This document shows positions 27,201-40,398 of a stretch of DNA of 64,000 nt, one piece after another. Under the pieces are notes generated by a model. It was not told the origin of the DNA and ran no database searches. It worked only from the letters and a program-made list of their open reading frames with translations. Position numbers and translations under genes: made by a program. The stretch's first letter is position 1; each line of letters starts with the position of its first letter. The stretch comes from Setoptus koraiensis (taxonomy: Eukaryota; Animalia; Arthropoda): positions 2,170,001 to 2,234,000 of the forward strand of contig CM106585.1 of NCBI GenBank assembly GCA_048013815.1, given 5' to 3'.

Positions 27201-28222
27201 ATTGGCCTCTCGATGAGCACAATTGCAATTCCTTGGAATTTGCCCATTCGAGCGCCACAGAATCGTCTGACAGAATCGATTAGAATTGGAATGAGGTCGC
27301 TCGAATGGCACAATTCCAATGGCTCATTGGCGGGCACTCGCACAACAGCACGTGCAACAGCATATAAACTGTTTTCATAAATTACAAACAGTTTATACGT
27401 GCACGGACTTGTAGTTTCAATTTGGGTTTTGTAGCTCGTACCCACACACAAACCGGAGATGAGTGCAGATATTGCGAATTGTTGATGCGAATTGTAGTGC
27501 GCTGCAGTGATAGCATAAATAAATCGATTGAATTGGGCACGTTGTACGGGCGATACACAAAACTGTTCCAACAAACAGCAGAGAACCCGTTAGAAAGAAC
27601 TCACCAGCCACTGCCGGTGAAAACTGGTTCGCCACCAGCGGGCGTGTCCGGCGGCTATTTATATCTGTGCCAATTGGAATTGTTTCGAACGCGCGCGTTT
27701 CGTCTCGCGCGTTCGAATCAAGGTCGCTGACCGCACCTGTCGAACTGGCAGTGGGCGTTACTCACCCGGAACTGAGAGCTGAGAACGAACTCTTTGGGTT
27801 GTTTCTGTTCCTTTCGAATTGATGCTGTTCGATGGGATCAGCGAGCATCAGATGTTAATTAGCAAACAATGGAAATATTTGTACCACAACAACAACAACA
27901 ACAACAACAAATGGCGCTCAGCTGGTGCATTCTCGTCACTAGAGCGCCAACCAACAATCTGTCATACAAACAAACTTGTCACATCGCACGTCTGTTGTGA
28001 CAAACTCGAACTACACAATTCAATACGCTGACACTGTTATCTAGCTTATATCTAACCTTGAATCCATTGCAATTTTGTCATTGTCGCCCGCTCCAACTCA
28101 ATCAAACGACAACAACAAACGACAACAACATCAACAACAACATTACGACATGCGACACTTTCGCCACACATCGGCCGCAAATTGACCCATTGTTGCCGTA
28201 ATGCACCATGCGAATAAAGTAG

Positions 28223-29469
28223 ACCCGGACGCCCCCCAAAACGCAGCCCCGTGGGCGGACTAATGAGCCCGAGTGAGTCGCCTGTGCCGCAAAGTGTCAC
28301 GCCCACGCCCTCTACCAGCACCGTCGGCAGTAACCACGGAAACACAGGAAATGGTGCCACAAACAACAACAGCTCATTGAATGACAGCAACAACAACAAC
28401 AACCAATCAGGCAACAACAACAACACTAATGCCGGCAACAACAACACTGGCTACAATCATCAACAGCTCACCATGATGGCCGAACAATTGGCTGCCAGCG
28501 GGGCCTCGCTGGCCAACAGATCGCCGCTGGGTTCGCCGTCGTCGTTGAGCGGATTGAGCGGTACCCCAATTGGGTATCATCAGTTTGGCGGTCAGTTGGG
28601 CGTTCGTAAGGCCGGCAACAGCCAATCGCTGATGAAGGCGCAACAGCAGCAACAACAGGCAACAACTGTCAACAACAATGACACCAACAACCAACAGGCA
28701 TCCACCATATTTTTGCCGCATCACAACACCACCAGCAACAGCAACAATCACACTGCTAATCAGCGACAAAGTCCGGCAGACTTTTTGTCGTCGGCCCTGG
28801 CAGCGGCTGCGGCCGCCGTTGCTGCCGCCTCGGCCAACAACAACAACAACAACAAAAACAACAACCAGGCAATTAATTCAAATTCTAATTGTAATAATAG
28901 GATCAACAACAATAGTTTTTCTTCAAAGAAAAAATCGCCCTCCTCTTCTACGTTGCTTGATGGAGGCTCTGGCGGCGAAAACAACAACTCGCAGGACAAC
29001 AATAATTTAATTAGTCAACAATCAGGAGCAACGTCGCCACAGGCAACAACGCCAACCTCGCAACAGCAACAATCGGCAACAGCAACAACAACCACACCGG
29101 CAACCACAACAACAACAACAACTGGTTCAGTTAATCAACAATTGTTGACATCATCATCAGCTGCCATATCGCCCAACACAAACTCATCTGCCGCTTGCTC
29201 TATAGACGGCCAACATAGATCACCTTCGCCCTCTGGCGGCAAGGTGCACTATCAGCAGCAGCAGCAGTTCTATAATGAAAACAAGCAACAAAATAGCAGG
29301 CAAAATCTCACTACTAACATGGCGTCACAAAAGTCGTCATCGCGACACCATCATCAATATCATCACCAATTAACAAACCATTCTTCATCGTCGCCTGGCG
29401 CCTCAATAATCGCAAACAACAACTCTATTTTAGGCGCTGCTAGTCCCAGCGACAATCTCAACAACCTGG
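28223..29469 (+). CDS. dac: dachshund, coding exon 2 (RPGRPPKR end of DD1 region, then N/Q/S-rich linker)
   Basis: The phase-2 join of exon 1 gives CTTA-R-PGRPPKRSP, the conserved motif following DD1. Open frame to donor G|GTATGT at 29469/29470 (phase 1). Alternative acceptor 3 nt upstream (28220). Confidence 0.9.
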
Positions 29470-29585
29470 GTATGTTTGCCTGCACGCAGCCAATTAATCC
29501 AATCCGTAATTCAATTAATCAATTCACCTGTCATTAAATCATTAATTAAATCATTTGTAATCACACACTCGTTTGACAACAACAG

Positions 29586-29877
29586 AGGCAAGCAAGGAAA
29601 TGCAGGCCCTTCGGCATCTCAGACAATCGTTGCTTGCCGCCAACCGGACACCCATAGTCCCGTCGGGTATGGATACAGCGGGTGCGGATAATACCGCGGT
29701 GGGTAGCGCCGGCGCAAGTGGGTACGCGGCGCAGGCCATGGCAGCGTTTCCGTTTTTGCAACACTTTGCCGCTCTGGTGGCCAGTCAACAGCAACAACAA
29801 CAACAACAACATCAGCACAACCAACAACAACAATTGATGGCGGCCGCAGCCAGCGCCTTTGGCTTCAGTCCGGCTAG
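29586..29877 (+). CDS. dac: dachshund, coding exon 3
   Basis: Acceptor AACAG| at 29585 matches phase 1. Encodes EASKEMQALRHLRQSLLAA...AFPFLQHFAALVASQQQ...FGFSPA. Donor AG|GTGAGT at 29877/29878 (phase 2). Confidence 0.8.
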
Positions 29878-32800
29878 GTGAGTGTCACTGACAGCAACTG
29901 TCAGATTGAATCATATTGACAGTGCCCATATAAATGGTCGATGTTGTGCTATAGTGAATGATGTCTCATATCGACGATATCGACTTGGACGACGTCGGGG
30001 GCGATTTATTTCATTGCTGTCGCATGACAATTGCGACCATTACCAACTATTGTGTGTGTGTGTGTATGCAAATATAATTTAGTTTAAGTGATTTGCGCAT
30101 TGTTTGTCGTTCGTTATTACGCAATGCAACAAACAATAGTCCGTCAGTTGGTTAAGTGTGTGTGTGAGTATGAGCGCGTTCCAATTACCGCGCCACGTAC
30201 GCGGCAAATATAATGGCCGAGTAAGTGTGACAAACACGCGATTCTAGGTGCCGCTAACAGTCGACGACTATTATGTTTTCTTCAATTTGCGGGCCGGATT
30301 TTGACGGCGGAGTTGCGGTCGGTTGTGGTGCCGCGTCGAGTGAGTGGGTCACTAGCGAAATCACAAGCAAAACTAACTCTGAACGAGGCTGCACGATGTG
30401 AATTGCTGTATGGGTCTTATATCAACAGTGCCATACAGTCAGTTTGCCAGTTGGCCCCAGCCCCAGCCCCAGCAACCACAAACAATGGGCAAACAATGCT
30501 CCCCGTTCGCAATGCAAATCTATTGTGAGTTGAAGTTGAGCAATAGAATAATTTGCATAATAAATGTTATTAAATAATAACTTTAATGTGTGTGTGTGTG
30601 TGTCATCATACTATTAAATGATGACGACTAACTTGTATTTGATGTGTAACGCAATAGTTTACGAGTTAGTTTGCGCACTCTTTTGGGGCCCCGTTGGCCC
30701 AACAAGAGTGAGACAAGCTGGCCACTGACCATTGTAACTGGCTTGTGTTCATTGTTTGGTTGTTGGTGGCTCTTTCACTTTGCGAGGGATCGCATCAAAT
30801 TTTGATTCAAGTTTGATTTTAATTACAGTTTGTTTGTGCATGCGGGGGCCCCTTTCGAGATACCTTCGCCAGCAGCGACTTGAGCAAGGTTAAATATTGG
30901 ATATTAAATATTATTTCTCCTCTATATTTTTATATATAACCATATTTATATATTCTATATATATTTATATATAGCCATAACTAGTGCGTGCCAATATGCC
31001 ATATTTCTTCTGTATTGTATTTCCAGAAACTTGCTTAAATTTAGGCAAGTTTGCTGGCCCAAAACTAGTTGGCAAGTGGGCCCCGCGTTTGTGTGTGTGT
31101 GTGTGTTAATTTGAAACCTTGAATGATGCTGGCCTTCGTTAATGAGCCAATACTAACATGTATTGCTTTCATTAACCTTTATTAGATTAATTCCAGATAA
31201 TGTCGCCAGGCGACATGAGCTTACAGTTTACAGTGTGTATAAGCAGCCAACTTATAGCACACCCACGCATGAGGTTAGCTTGTCACCCACGTGGGTTGTA
31301 AATGGGGGCGAATTGGTTGAATGTTGGCCCCACGCACGCACCATTGGCAGCACTGGTGCAGACGGGGGCGCATTAAAAGATAAATAGTAGTATGTCACTT
31401 TGGTTTGGTATTGCATTACATAACAGTTGACAGAGTGATTGAATCGACTACACAACACATGACAACGAGACAGGGGAGAGGACGGGGGAGAGCAAACCTC
31501 CCACACACTTGGCCAACTTTAAGCTCTAATTATGTCGGCCAATGACATTTTGGCACAATTGACGAATTGTCTCTGTTGTCGCTGAGTGGAGAATCGTTGA
31601 GGCGCACACTTTGGCCAGTTTAGTGGTGTGGTCGTCGAACACACGACCGGCCAAACCGGCCAAACAAGTGAGTGAATGGGCATTAACAGAGATGTAACTC
31701 TTGCATACCGCACACGCGAGCCAAAGCGTAAGATTAAATCACAAACAGGAGTCGCCTCTTGATTGATTGCATGCACTCAGTGTGCCACTATGCAAATGAG
31801 CTCGGCATACACACACACACAATGACACAAATATATATTTATACATATCCGCGCAATATCCATATAAATCCATTTTAACCTATATATCAATTGTCAGTGG
31901 CGAGTGACGTTTGCAATCAATTGAGTCTCTCCACGCGCTCAGGCTCCCCGGAGAACGAATCGCATTTGGGAGTGTGCTAAAAAGCATGTGCAAATGGCAT
32001 ATTGATTGATTATATGCGTATGGTTATAGGTTATAATGGCCTACGCGGTCTATGCGTCGTGCTCACGTGTATATTTACCTCATTGCCGCATTGCCGCATT
32101 GTCCGCCGTTGCCGTGTCATTGGCGTCGCCAGCGGCAGCATCACTAATTAGGGCTCACTTACTCTAATTAAGCAGCATCTTGTTAGCGGCTGTTATCATT
32201 ATTGTTATCGTCACATGATGCGATGTCTTGTCAATGTCACACTGAGCAACAACATTATTGTGTGTGTGCGCCTCGCGAGAAATTTGCATTTTTTGTTTGC
32301 CCGATTGGCCCCAACTGGCCCCAACTGGCCCCCACCGGCCTCAGATGGCCCCAACTGGCCTCAGATGGCTCGTTCGGGCGAGCATTCACACACACGTAGG
32401 GTGGCAAAACAATTGTGCTGCTGCTTTGTTGTAAACACTTCCCCCCCCCCCCAAAATTGCAACACCAAACGTCGCCAGCGATGGCGACAATGCGACACAA
32501 GCGCCAACGAGAGAAATAATGAAATAATTGCCAGATAGTCACTGACAGACAGATTGTGTGTGTGTAGTAGTGACAATTGAAATGTTGATTAAGACACACA
32601 CACACACCAATGATGGATCGATCCATCACCGGCCCATCCGATCCGATCTGATCCGATCAGATGAGAGCGACAGCAGTGCCAACTATTGGCCAGATGATGA
32701 TAATAACAACATGACAATAACAACAGCGACGACCACCGATGACCATCACATCTAATGTGCAACTGCCATTGATCGATTGGCCGCTACAATGGACTGTTTG

Positions 32801-34856
32801 CTGACCCCTGTTGTTGTTGTTGTTTGTCGCTCGCTTAACTGTCACAAAAGTGACTCAAAGTCGACTTGTTTCGAAGCGACTCAATTGGGCCCACAGCGCA
32901 GCCGACTAATGCGTAATGATGCGCAATAATTTTGCATTCGGGCAAGTTCACTCACTTGCACAAATGCAAATGATGGCCAGCACTGTGCGAGCATTATGTG
33001 ACACACATTATGTGTATATATATCGTATGTATATATATCGTATGTGTATATATCGTGTGTGTGTATATGAGCATATGTCACCAGAAAAATGCAAGGTGCC
33101 CCCGTGAGCAATATGACAATTATCGCCAGCGCCGCGTTCAATTCTCGGTGCCGCTTCGTGTTCGTATTCCAACAGAATGATGGACGCCGTCGGCATGCGA
33201 CAATTCGCGCAAAAGTCGCCCGCGACAGCGGCCCAAATCCAGCAGCAATCTTCTTATAAGCTCACCTAGTGACGCCTCATTCGTTGCCTGCCGTAAGTCG
33301 CGTCGCTTCGATTTGATTCGGTTGCTTCGGCGCGGCTCGGTGCGGCTCGGCGCAGCGCGGTTCGGCGCGGTCCGGATTGGATGATCGATCGATCGATTAC
33401 TATTTAATTATTTAACAAGTCTCACTCCTTCTTATTGTGTTTTCCGTTTTGTTCCGTTTCGTTTCGTTCCGTTTTATTCCATTCGATTTCATTTCGTTTC
33501 GTCTCAACTGGGCCGCCAATTTGAATACTCCCAGACACGACGTCTGCGAGCGAGCCAAAAGAATTGGCCAAAGAGGGCGCCCAAGAATCAAGTTTGTCGT
33601 CTGTGCCAGTTGGCGACGCACGAGCGCCAACAAACGGCACAAAGAGACGCCATAATGAAGTGTCACAACTGCTGCTCCGGCTGCGGCACAACAACTTAAA
33701 AAACTACTTCCCCTTTTAGCAATATCCATATTCCTGCACACACTTCATTTGTCTCGTCACCGTCGTCGGCACGATGGTCGGCACAAATGCAGCCGCTGTG
33801 CATAATAAACGCACATGAGTACGTGCAAAAGAAGTGGAGCAACATTTGTGATGCAACTTGGCTGAGCAAGCGCCTAGCGACCAATGCGCAAACAATTGTT
33901 GCTAGCACATTTATTACACGCACACGCACACACCATTGGCCAGCACACGATCGTGCTTTTATAATCAGCTCAAAAGTGCTGATAAATTGCTCATTACACG
34001 TGACGCAATGCAAACCGTTAGTCTGAGTGTGTGTGTGTGCAAACTTTGGTCACACCAAATAAAAGTTTGCACGTGCCACGCACAAGCGACACCATGAATG
34101 ACGCCACACCATTTTTAAATGCTCGAGATTGCGTCATCGTTGCATCTTTGACCGCGGGTTGCGTCGTACCGCGTTGTACCGCGCCGCGCCGCACCGCAAC
34201 CGCTTGGCATTGTGTCGCGACTCACAAATCAACCGTCGATGTTGAATAAAAGCGCCGGGGCCCCAAGTAGAATAGATAGAGCGTGTGGTGCTGGCGAGAC
34301 TTTTGTCGCTCGCAAGCTCTGTCAGTGCCACTGCAATCGATAGAGAGAGAGAGAGAGAAACGGATCATTTGCACCATTTCTAATGGGGCCCGAAATGAAT
34401 GCAAAAGAATTTATTTCGCGCGCGTTCTGTATTCGTCTATATGTTTTGAGTAAATTATGAGTTGTCTGAATGAATTGTTCGTTCGCTTATCAGAGCCAAC
34501 AGCGGCGGTCAGGGAAAACCGCGACGAGATGAGATGGGTGCCGTTTCGTCACCGTTGCTAGTGATTCGAGTTGTGAGTTTTTAGAGCAAAAGTTTTTCGC
34601 TGCTACGATTACGTTTGCAGCCAACAAACTCAACGTTATCACCCGTGCAGCACCCATAACTATTCACTACTAATGAATGCAATCTATCATGCAATAATGT
34701 GGCCATGATTGATGATTCGTCTCGTCTCTTATAACGGCACTCTCAGGCAAACAAGTGCGAATATACAATGCATCTCTGGCTAGCTCACTGGCTGGCTCTT
34801 ACGCGCCAGATAGATAGATATGGATATGAGCCAGCCGATAAAAAAGGTTTTGTTTT

Positions 34857-34919
34857 GGCGCTCAAATGATGAGTTAGGGCGCTCAAATGATGAGTTGGGG
34901 CGCTCAAATGATGAGTTGG
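34857..34919. repeat. 21-bp tandem repeat x3 (GGCGCTCAAATGATGAGTTRG)
   Basis: Three adjacent copies with one variable position. Confidence 0.95.
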
Positions 34920-36567
34920 GCCGAGAGGAAGCGCCAATTGCAAACAATAATAAAAGATAACAGAAGAACAGTTTTCTTTCTTAACAGTTAAATCTCTTTT
35001 TATCTTATTTTTTGTTGCTCTAACTTTGTTTTTGGGCGCCAACTAAATATTGGTATTAGTGCTAAATGTGTTAGTGTAACGTATCAAACGTGAGAGAGCC
35101 CCTCTCCTATCGAGCAGCAAAAGTATTAACTTTTCATTCGTGACTAATGAGCAAACAATGATAATGACTTTGGGCCCTTTATCATTATGTGTGCTCTTGG
35201 TGTGTCGGGTGTTTCAGTTTAGGTGGAGCTAGTGTCTATCATTAGTTAGCTTTCGCACAAATCGATAGAATATGATACAGTGGTGCGTATAAAAAGAGCA
35301 AAAGTGCGAATGCAGTGGAAAGAGAGTGGAATTAAAGTGAAACAACCACCAATAAGGTGATACGGCGCAATAAGTAACTTCATTTGAATAGTTTTTAGCG
35401 TTAGTTGGGGCTTTTGTTTGTGCCAATTGAAGCAAATAATTAACTTTTATTTAGATAAATGATGCTGGCAAAAGTGGTAAAGACGGCACAAGATTGTGGC
35501 GCCAACAATACAAATAATGCATCGCCAATGAAATTATACCATACAATATGATGCGATGCGATGCGATGCGATATCATATTATAAGATATGACGCGATGCG
35601 ATATGATATGGTGAGATATGATGCGATGTGATATGATTAATCATAGTCGCGAACGCGCCGTGGCCTACCGATTGCTTTTGCGCGACGTTGTGGGGTCCCG
35701 GCGCGCTTAGGTAGAGTTACGTAATGAGTGCAGTTTGAATTAAACTCTTTCCTTTGGCTCGCTTGTTTTTGGTTTCAGTTTTCTCTTTCTTTTTGCTTTT
35801 TATCCCTGCCACCAGCAAGTTACCATCAATCATGAGACTTTGGCTGATGACTTGCGCTGCCAGTGTCATTAATTCTTCTATCTATCTCATTTGTAGCGTC
35901 GTTGGCGATGTGTCACTGCACTGATAATGCTGCACGTTTTCAATTATGGTGCCAACTAACGTTCACTAATCTTATTTCGTTATTGTGTTTGTGTATCTAG
36001 TGTGTGTGTGTGTGTCGTTTTTGTTCGTCATGTAACTGTTTCCTTATCGTCCACGAATATCACCGACAGATATGCAAATTAATCTCTGCCGTTCGTGTCT
36101 GTCTGTGCCGCATCCAATCTATCAATATTGGCGATGAAAAGGGCCCAACTTTTTGCTGCCTTTTCTCGCTGTTGCTGTTGTTGTTGTTAAATATCAAATA
36201 TTAAATTAAATATTTCAAATCTCGAATCTTTAATCTCTTTCTGTGCCACTCAACTGGCAGCGGCAGCAGCAGCAAGTGTGTTCGCTCTTGTTATATCAAA
36301 AAATTTGTGGCTCACAAATCCGTTCGTTCACGACAGAATGAGACACACAAACCAAAAAACAAAATGCCAGCCCGAAAGCTGTCAGACAATCAATGTGACA
36401 AGGCATGATTGAAAATTTAATTAAAAATATTAATCAGACAGCACACAATATCGATTATAACTCTCTATGTCTGTATATTTTTTTCTATAATATCCTTATC
36501 TCAACATTGTTTGTGGCGCCAGTTTGGCTCTGATTAATTCCACTAACTCGTCTAATGCAAGCTGCAG

Positions 36568-38279
36568 TGCTAACATTCCAGCGCAATCATTACATCAGCC
36601 AGTGGCCCCATCGAAACATCATAGAAGTGCTGTTGGCAACCCAGACAACACCAATCAACTGAATCAGCTGAAAGGGGCCCATAGGTCCAATAATGCACCA
36701 GGCAACCTCAATAGCCAACCAGCTAACAATTTAGATCCGGCCGCTTTACTAATGGCCGCTGCCGCAACACAAAACGCCGCTGCCCAAGCTGCGGGCCAAC
36801 AACAGTTTGACGGGCGCCCGTACAACATCGGCCAAAGGAACGGTGCGGGTGCCGCCGGCCCGTTACCGGTTGACCCGTTGCAACAGGCACTGGCCTCAGT
36901 GGGCGCCAATCCCAACGCGGCCGCTTATCTGTGGTTGTTGAGCCAACAGCAGCAACAACAACAGCAACAACAACAATCACGTAACGGTCATCAGGCACTG
37001 CATGACCAGCACCAGCACCATCACCACCACCACCAACAGCAACAGCATCACCACCAACAGGACACTGCGGCGCATCACTCTCCTTCGTTGAATTTGTCCC
37101 AATTGATTCAACAGCATCAGCACCTACAACAAATCAAGTCACAAATACCCAATCAGTCGGCCATGGGCAATATGCTCGGCGATCAGGGTATCAGTTTGGG
37201 CGCAATGCAACAGGCCATGGCTGCTGCTGCGGCGGCGACCGTCGCAGCTGCCGCAGCCGCCTCAGCTAACACGGGTTCGGGTAAAGGTGTGTCCGGCGGT
37301 GGCGAGCTTGTTGGCAGTAGCACCGGTTCGCTACAACAACAGCAACAACACCAGCAACAACAACAACAACACAATGATCTCTTGTTGATCAATGATCAAC
37401 AACAATTAAGTGATGACAATGATGCCCATCATCGGAACAGAAGTCACATGAGTAGTCGCAGTAGCGATGGCTCAAGACAGGGCAGTTTATTGGACGAATT
37501 GTACTCGTCGTCAAGTATAACTAGCAACGACGATGACGACGACGACGACGACTACAACCCGAAAAGGCGTACCTCGGGCGCCGGCTCCCGTAACAAAAAC
37601 CCCAGCAGACGGCGTTCTAGACCTAGTCAGGTGAGCGGAAGTTGCGCAACCAGCCAACGTTCTAATGATGACTGTGGCCATCAGCAGCAGCAGCAGCAAC
37701 AACAGCAACCGAACAATTCATCATCAACAACGACAACAACAACGACAACAACAATTAGCACTAGTAGTAATAGGATGCCAAAGAAACAACAAAAACTTTC
37801 AAATTCATCCAGAGTGAATGCCCTGTCGAACAACGATGGCGACGGTCACACCACCAACGATGTTTTGGCCAAGCGAATAAACAATAGCAGCGAGCACAAA
37901 TCCCAATCAAATAGAGACGACGATGATCACGATGTTGCTCGCAGTGACGCCTTAGACCTCTGCGGACAGCCATATGCCAACAATAAGACAACAACGGGTA
38001 GCCGCAGTTTTAAACGCTGCCGAAGAGAGGTATTGGGTAGCGATAATGAAAGCGACGACAACGATGTGGCCAACGATGACGATTATGCCGACAGTGATCG
38101 TACCCAGGAGAGGGGCATTTCGCCCGCTTGCTCAATGGGTTCGTCGTCGTCGTCGTCGTCGTTGTCGAACGTACTGTTGACAACAGACAAGACAAGTAGC
38201 AAACGTTCCGCAACAACCTCGGACATGCCCAAAAAGAGGCCCCGGCGAGTTTCAAATAATGGCGCCAAAAGCGACCAAG
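36568..38279 (+). CDS. dac: dachshund, coding exon 4 (Q/H/A/S/D-rich; basic NLS-like PKKRPRR)
   Basis: 1.7 kb open frame. Branch-like CACTAAC (36541) and acceptor CTGCAG| at 36567 match phase 2. Donor AAG|GTAGGT at 38279/38280 (phase 1); a phase-2 donor at 38283/38284 is also possible. Confidence 0.75.
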
Positions 38280-38542
38280 GTAGGTAAATGTTGGCTATTA
38301 CGTAAGAGCTGTCCGATGATATATGTCATATCGTATGATTTTTGTGTTCATTTTGAAGCGACGGTCACCCGCTGCTACTGGCTTCTGCTGGCATTATAGT
38401 GGCGAGTTGGCTCTATATTGAATTTGGCCGCAATTACAATGGCAATCTCACAACGCCAACAAAGTAATAACTATATCAAGTCTCATTATCATCAACTCTC
38501 ATTCTCTCATTTGCCACAACAATAATGACGCAACAACAACAG

Positions 38543-38749
38543 CCGCGCCAATTGAAGTGACGCAAGCGACACAAAATGACCAATCAAATCAGTTGCAACT
38601 CTTGATCAGGCAAACGCTGAACCAATTTCAATTGAAGGCCGCCACGTCAGGCGGCACCAATCAGAATCCCGAAGACATTGGGGCCTTTCTAAAGAATCTC
38701 GAGAGCCTGTTGGAGGTGGCGCCAACGAAAGATGTGGCCCACATAAGAG
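38543..38749 (+). CDS. dac: dachshund, coding exon 5 (remnant DD2 helix FLKNLESLLEVA)
   Basis: Acceptor AACAG| at 38542 (phase 1; exact start uncertain). EDIGAFLKNLESLLEVA aligns with DACH DD2 SSIETLLTNIQGLLKVA. Donor G|GTAACT at 38749/38750. Confidence 0.7.
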
Positions 38750-38818
38750 GTAACTATGACACCAAAACTATTGCTTCGCTATGTCTGTTGGTTCATTATC
38801 AATTTTCCATTTCCATCA

Positions 38819-38852
<34 letters not shown>

Positions 38853-40105
38853 GGAGGGGCTCCGTTGGGTTCCGTTGGGCGCCGCTCGGTGCCGTTTGGC
38901 GCCCTCGAAGAGCGCGGGACGGAAATGAAAAAACTTTTTTATCTGGCGGCTCTGTTCTGTGCCGCCGTGCACAGAACAGAGCCGCAGTTTGGGTGGCACA
39001 GAGGAAAAGTGTATTGTTAGGTGTAATAAATTGTTAGCGCAGCTGACAGTGTAAATTGGGAGATAGCCAGCGGCTTGTACACAATCTGTGCATTTTGCTT
39101 GGGTTTGGCTGGTTTGCCGCGCAAAGCCGCAAAGTGAAACTATTGATAAGACGCGCTGTGCGCATTCATACACTTATATAAGTGGGGCCCAAAAGAGTTG
39201 TTGATGATATCACTATAATAAGAGATGAGAGAATTACTTCTGAGTGGATTACGTAACGTTGCGAAGGAAGAAAACAGAATGAAGTAGAGAGAGGGAGAGA
39301 GAAGAAAAAAACTCATTACATTGAAGTGACGCGCTAAACACTTAACTAGTGGCAGTGACAGTAACACTAGAACTGGAGCAGAAATAAAGACTGGGGCCCA
39401 ATTGGGAAAACTGGCAACATACAAGTGTGAGTGTGCTTGTGTGTCTTTGTTTGTGTATCTCACGAAGATAATAAGCAAAGCATATTACATAAGCAGCAAC
39501 CACTACTACTACTGCTACACATAATATATTGTTGTGGCATATGATAGAAGTGACACATAAGTGAGAATGTGCGACATAAACAAACAACATTGAAGATTGC
39601 ACGTTGCGTTGGCTGTCGGTTGTGGGTTGTTGATCGGAGATGTTGCAAGCAGATAAACGATTGCACTGATAAAAAGCCTAGAAGAAATAGATAAACTCGA
39701 GCTCGAATTGATTGCGCCTATTTCCCTGTGTCTTTGTGTGTATCCGTTTGTTTCTGGTGCTTGCATGCTTGTTGTTGTTGTTGCTGCTGTTGTCGCTGTT
39801 GTTGTTGTTGTTGTTGTTGCTGCTGCTGCTGTTGTTATCGCGTCTAACCGCAACTTACATCATTTGTCCTATATAAGCGCGCATTAGTGCTATATTAGGT
39901 GGTTGTGCGCTGGTGAGATATGCGATCTGTCTGGCGCGTTTAGATCGCATATAGATCGCATGTAGATCGCATATAGATGGCGGCAACACTGCCGGCACAG
40001 TCTCGCAATTGTCGGCTGCAAGAACAAGTCTCAACCACTAACTAACTGGTATAACTGTCACTGGTCACTAGTGCTGGTCGCTTTAGTCAACCAACAGCCA
40101 ACAGT

Positions 40106-40159
40106 GAGCAGATAATTGATAGAGAGCAGATAATTGATAGAGAACAGATAATTGATGGA
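40106..40159. repeat. 18-bp tandem repeat x3 (GAGCAGATAATTGATAGA)
   Basis: Two perfect copies plus one copy with two substitutions. Confidence 0.9.
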
Positions 40160-40398
40160 GAGCGCACTGATGAAATAGCCAATGATTGCGCTTGCGAATG
40201 GCGCAAATTGTCATTTGTGTCATCCGTAATATACACATGTAATAATCACACAATCATAACACATGTCAGATAAATTATTGCCAATTTATGGCCCACTTAA
40301 AGTCACTCACTAATCTTCTTCTCTCTCTGTTTGTCGCTCTCCCTCTCTCCCTGTTTGCTATGATGTAACAATAAACAACAAAATGGTGATGAGTACAG

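Noticed and set aside
27711-27719. GTTCGAATC B-box suggesting a tRNA or SINE
   Set aside because: No cloverleaf or A-box upstream; it is one arm of a local palindrome.
32841-32853. 13-nt match (GTCACAAAAGTGA) to the 3' part of miR-153
   Set aside because: The seed region is absent and there is no precursor-length hairpin.
12156-40159. Short tandem repeats considered as CRISPR-like arrays
   Set aside because: The units are directly adjacent with no unique spacers, and the context is eukaryotic with no cas genes.
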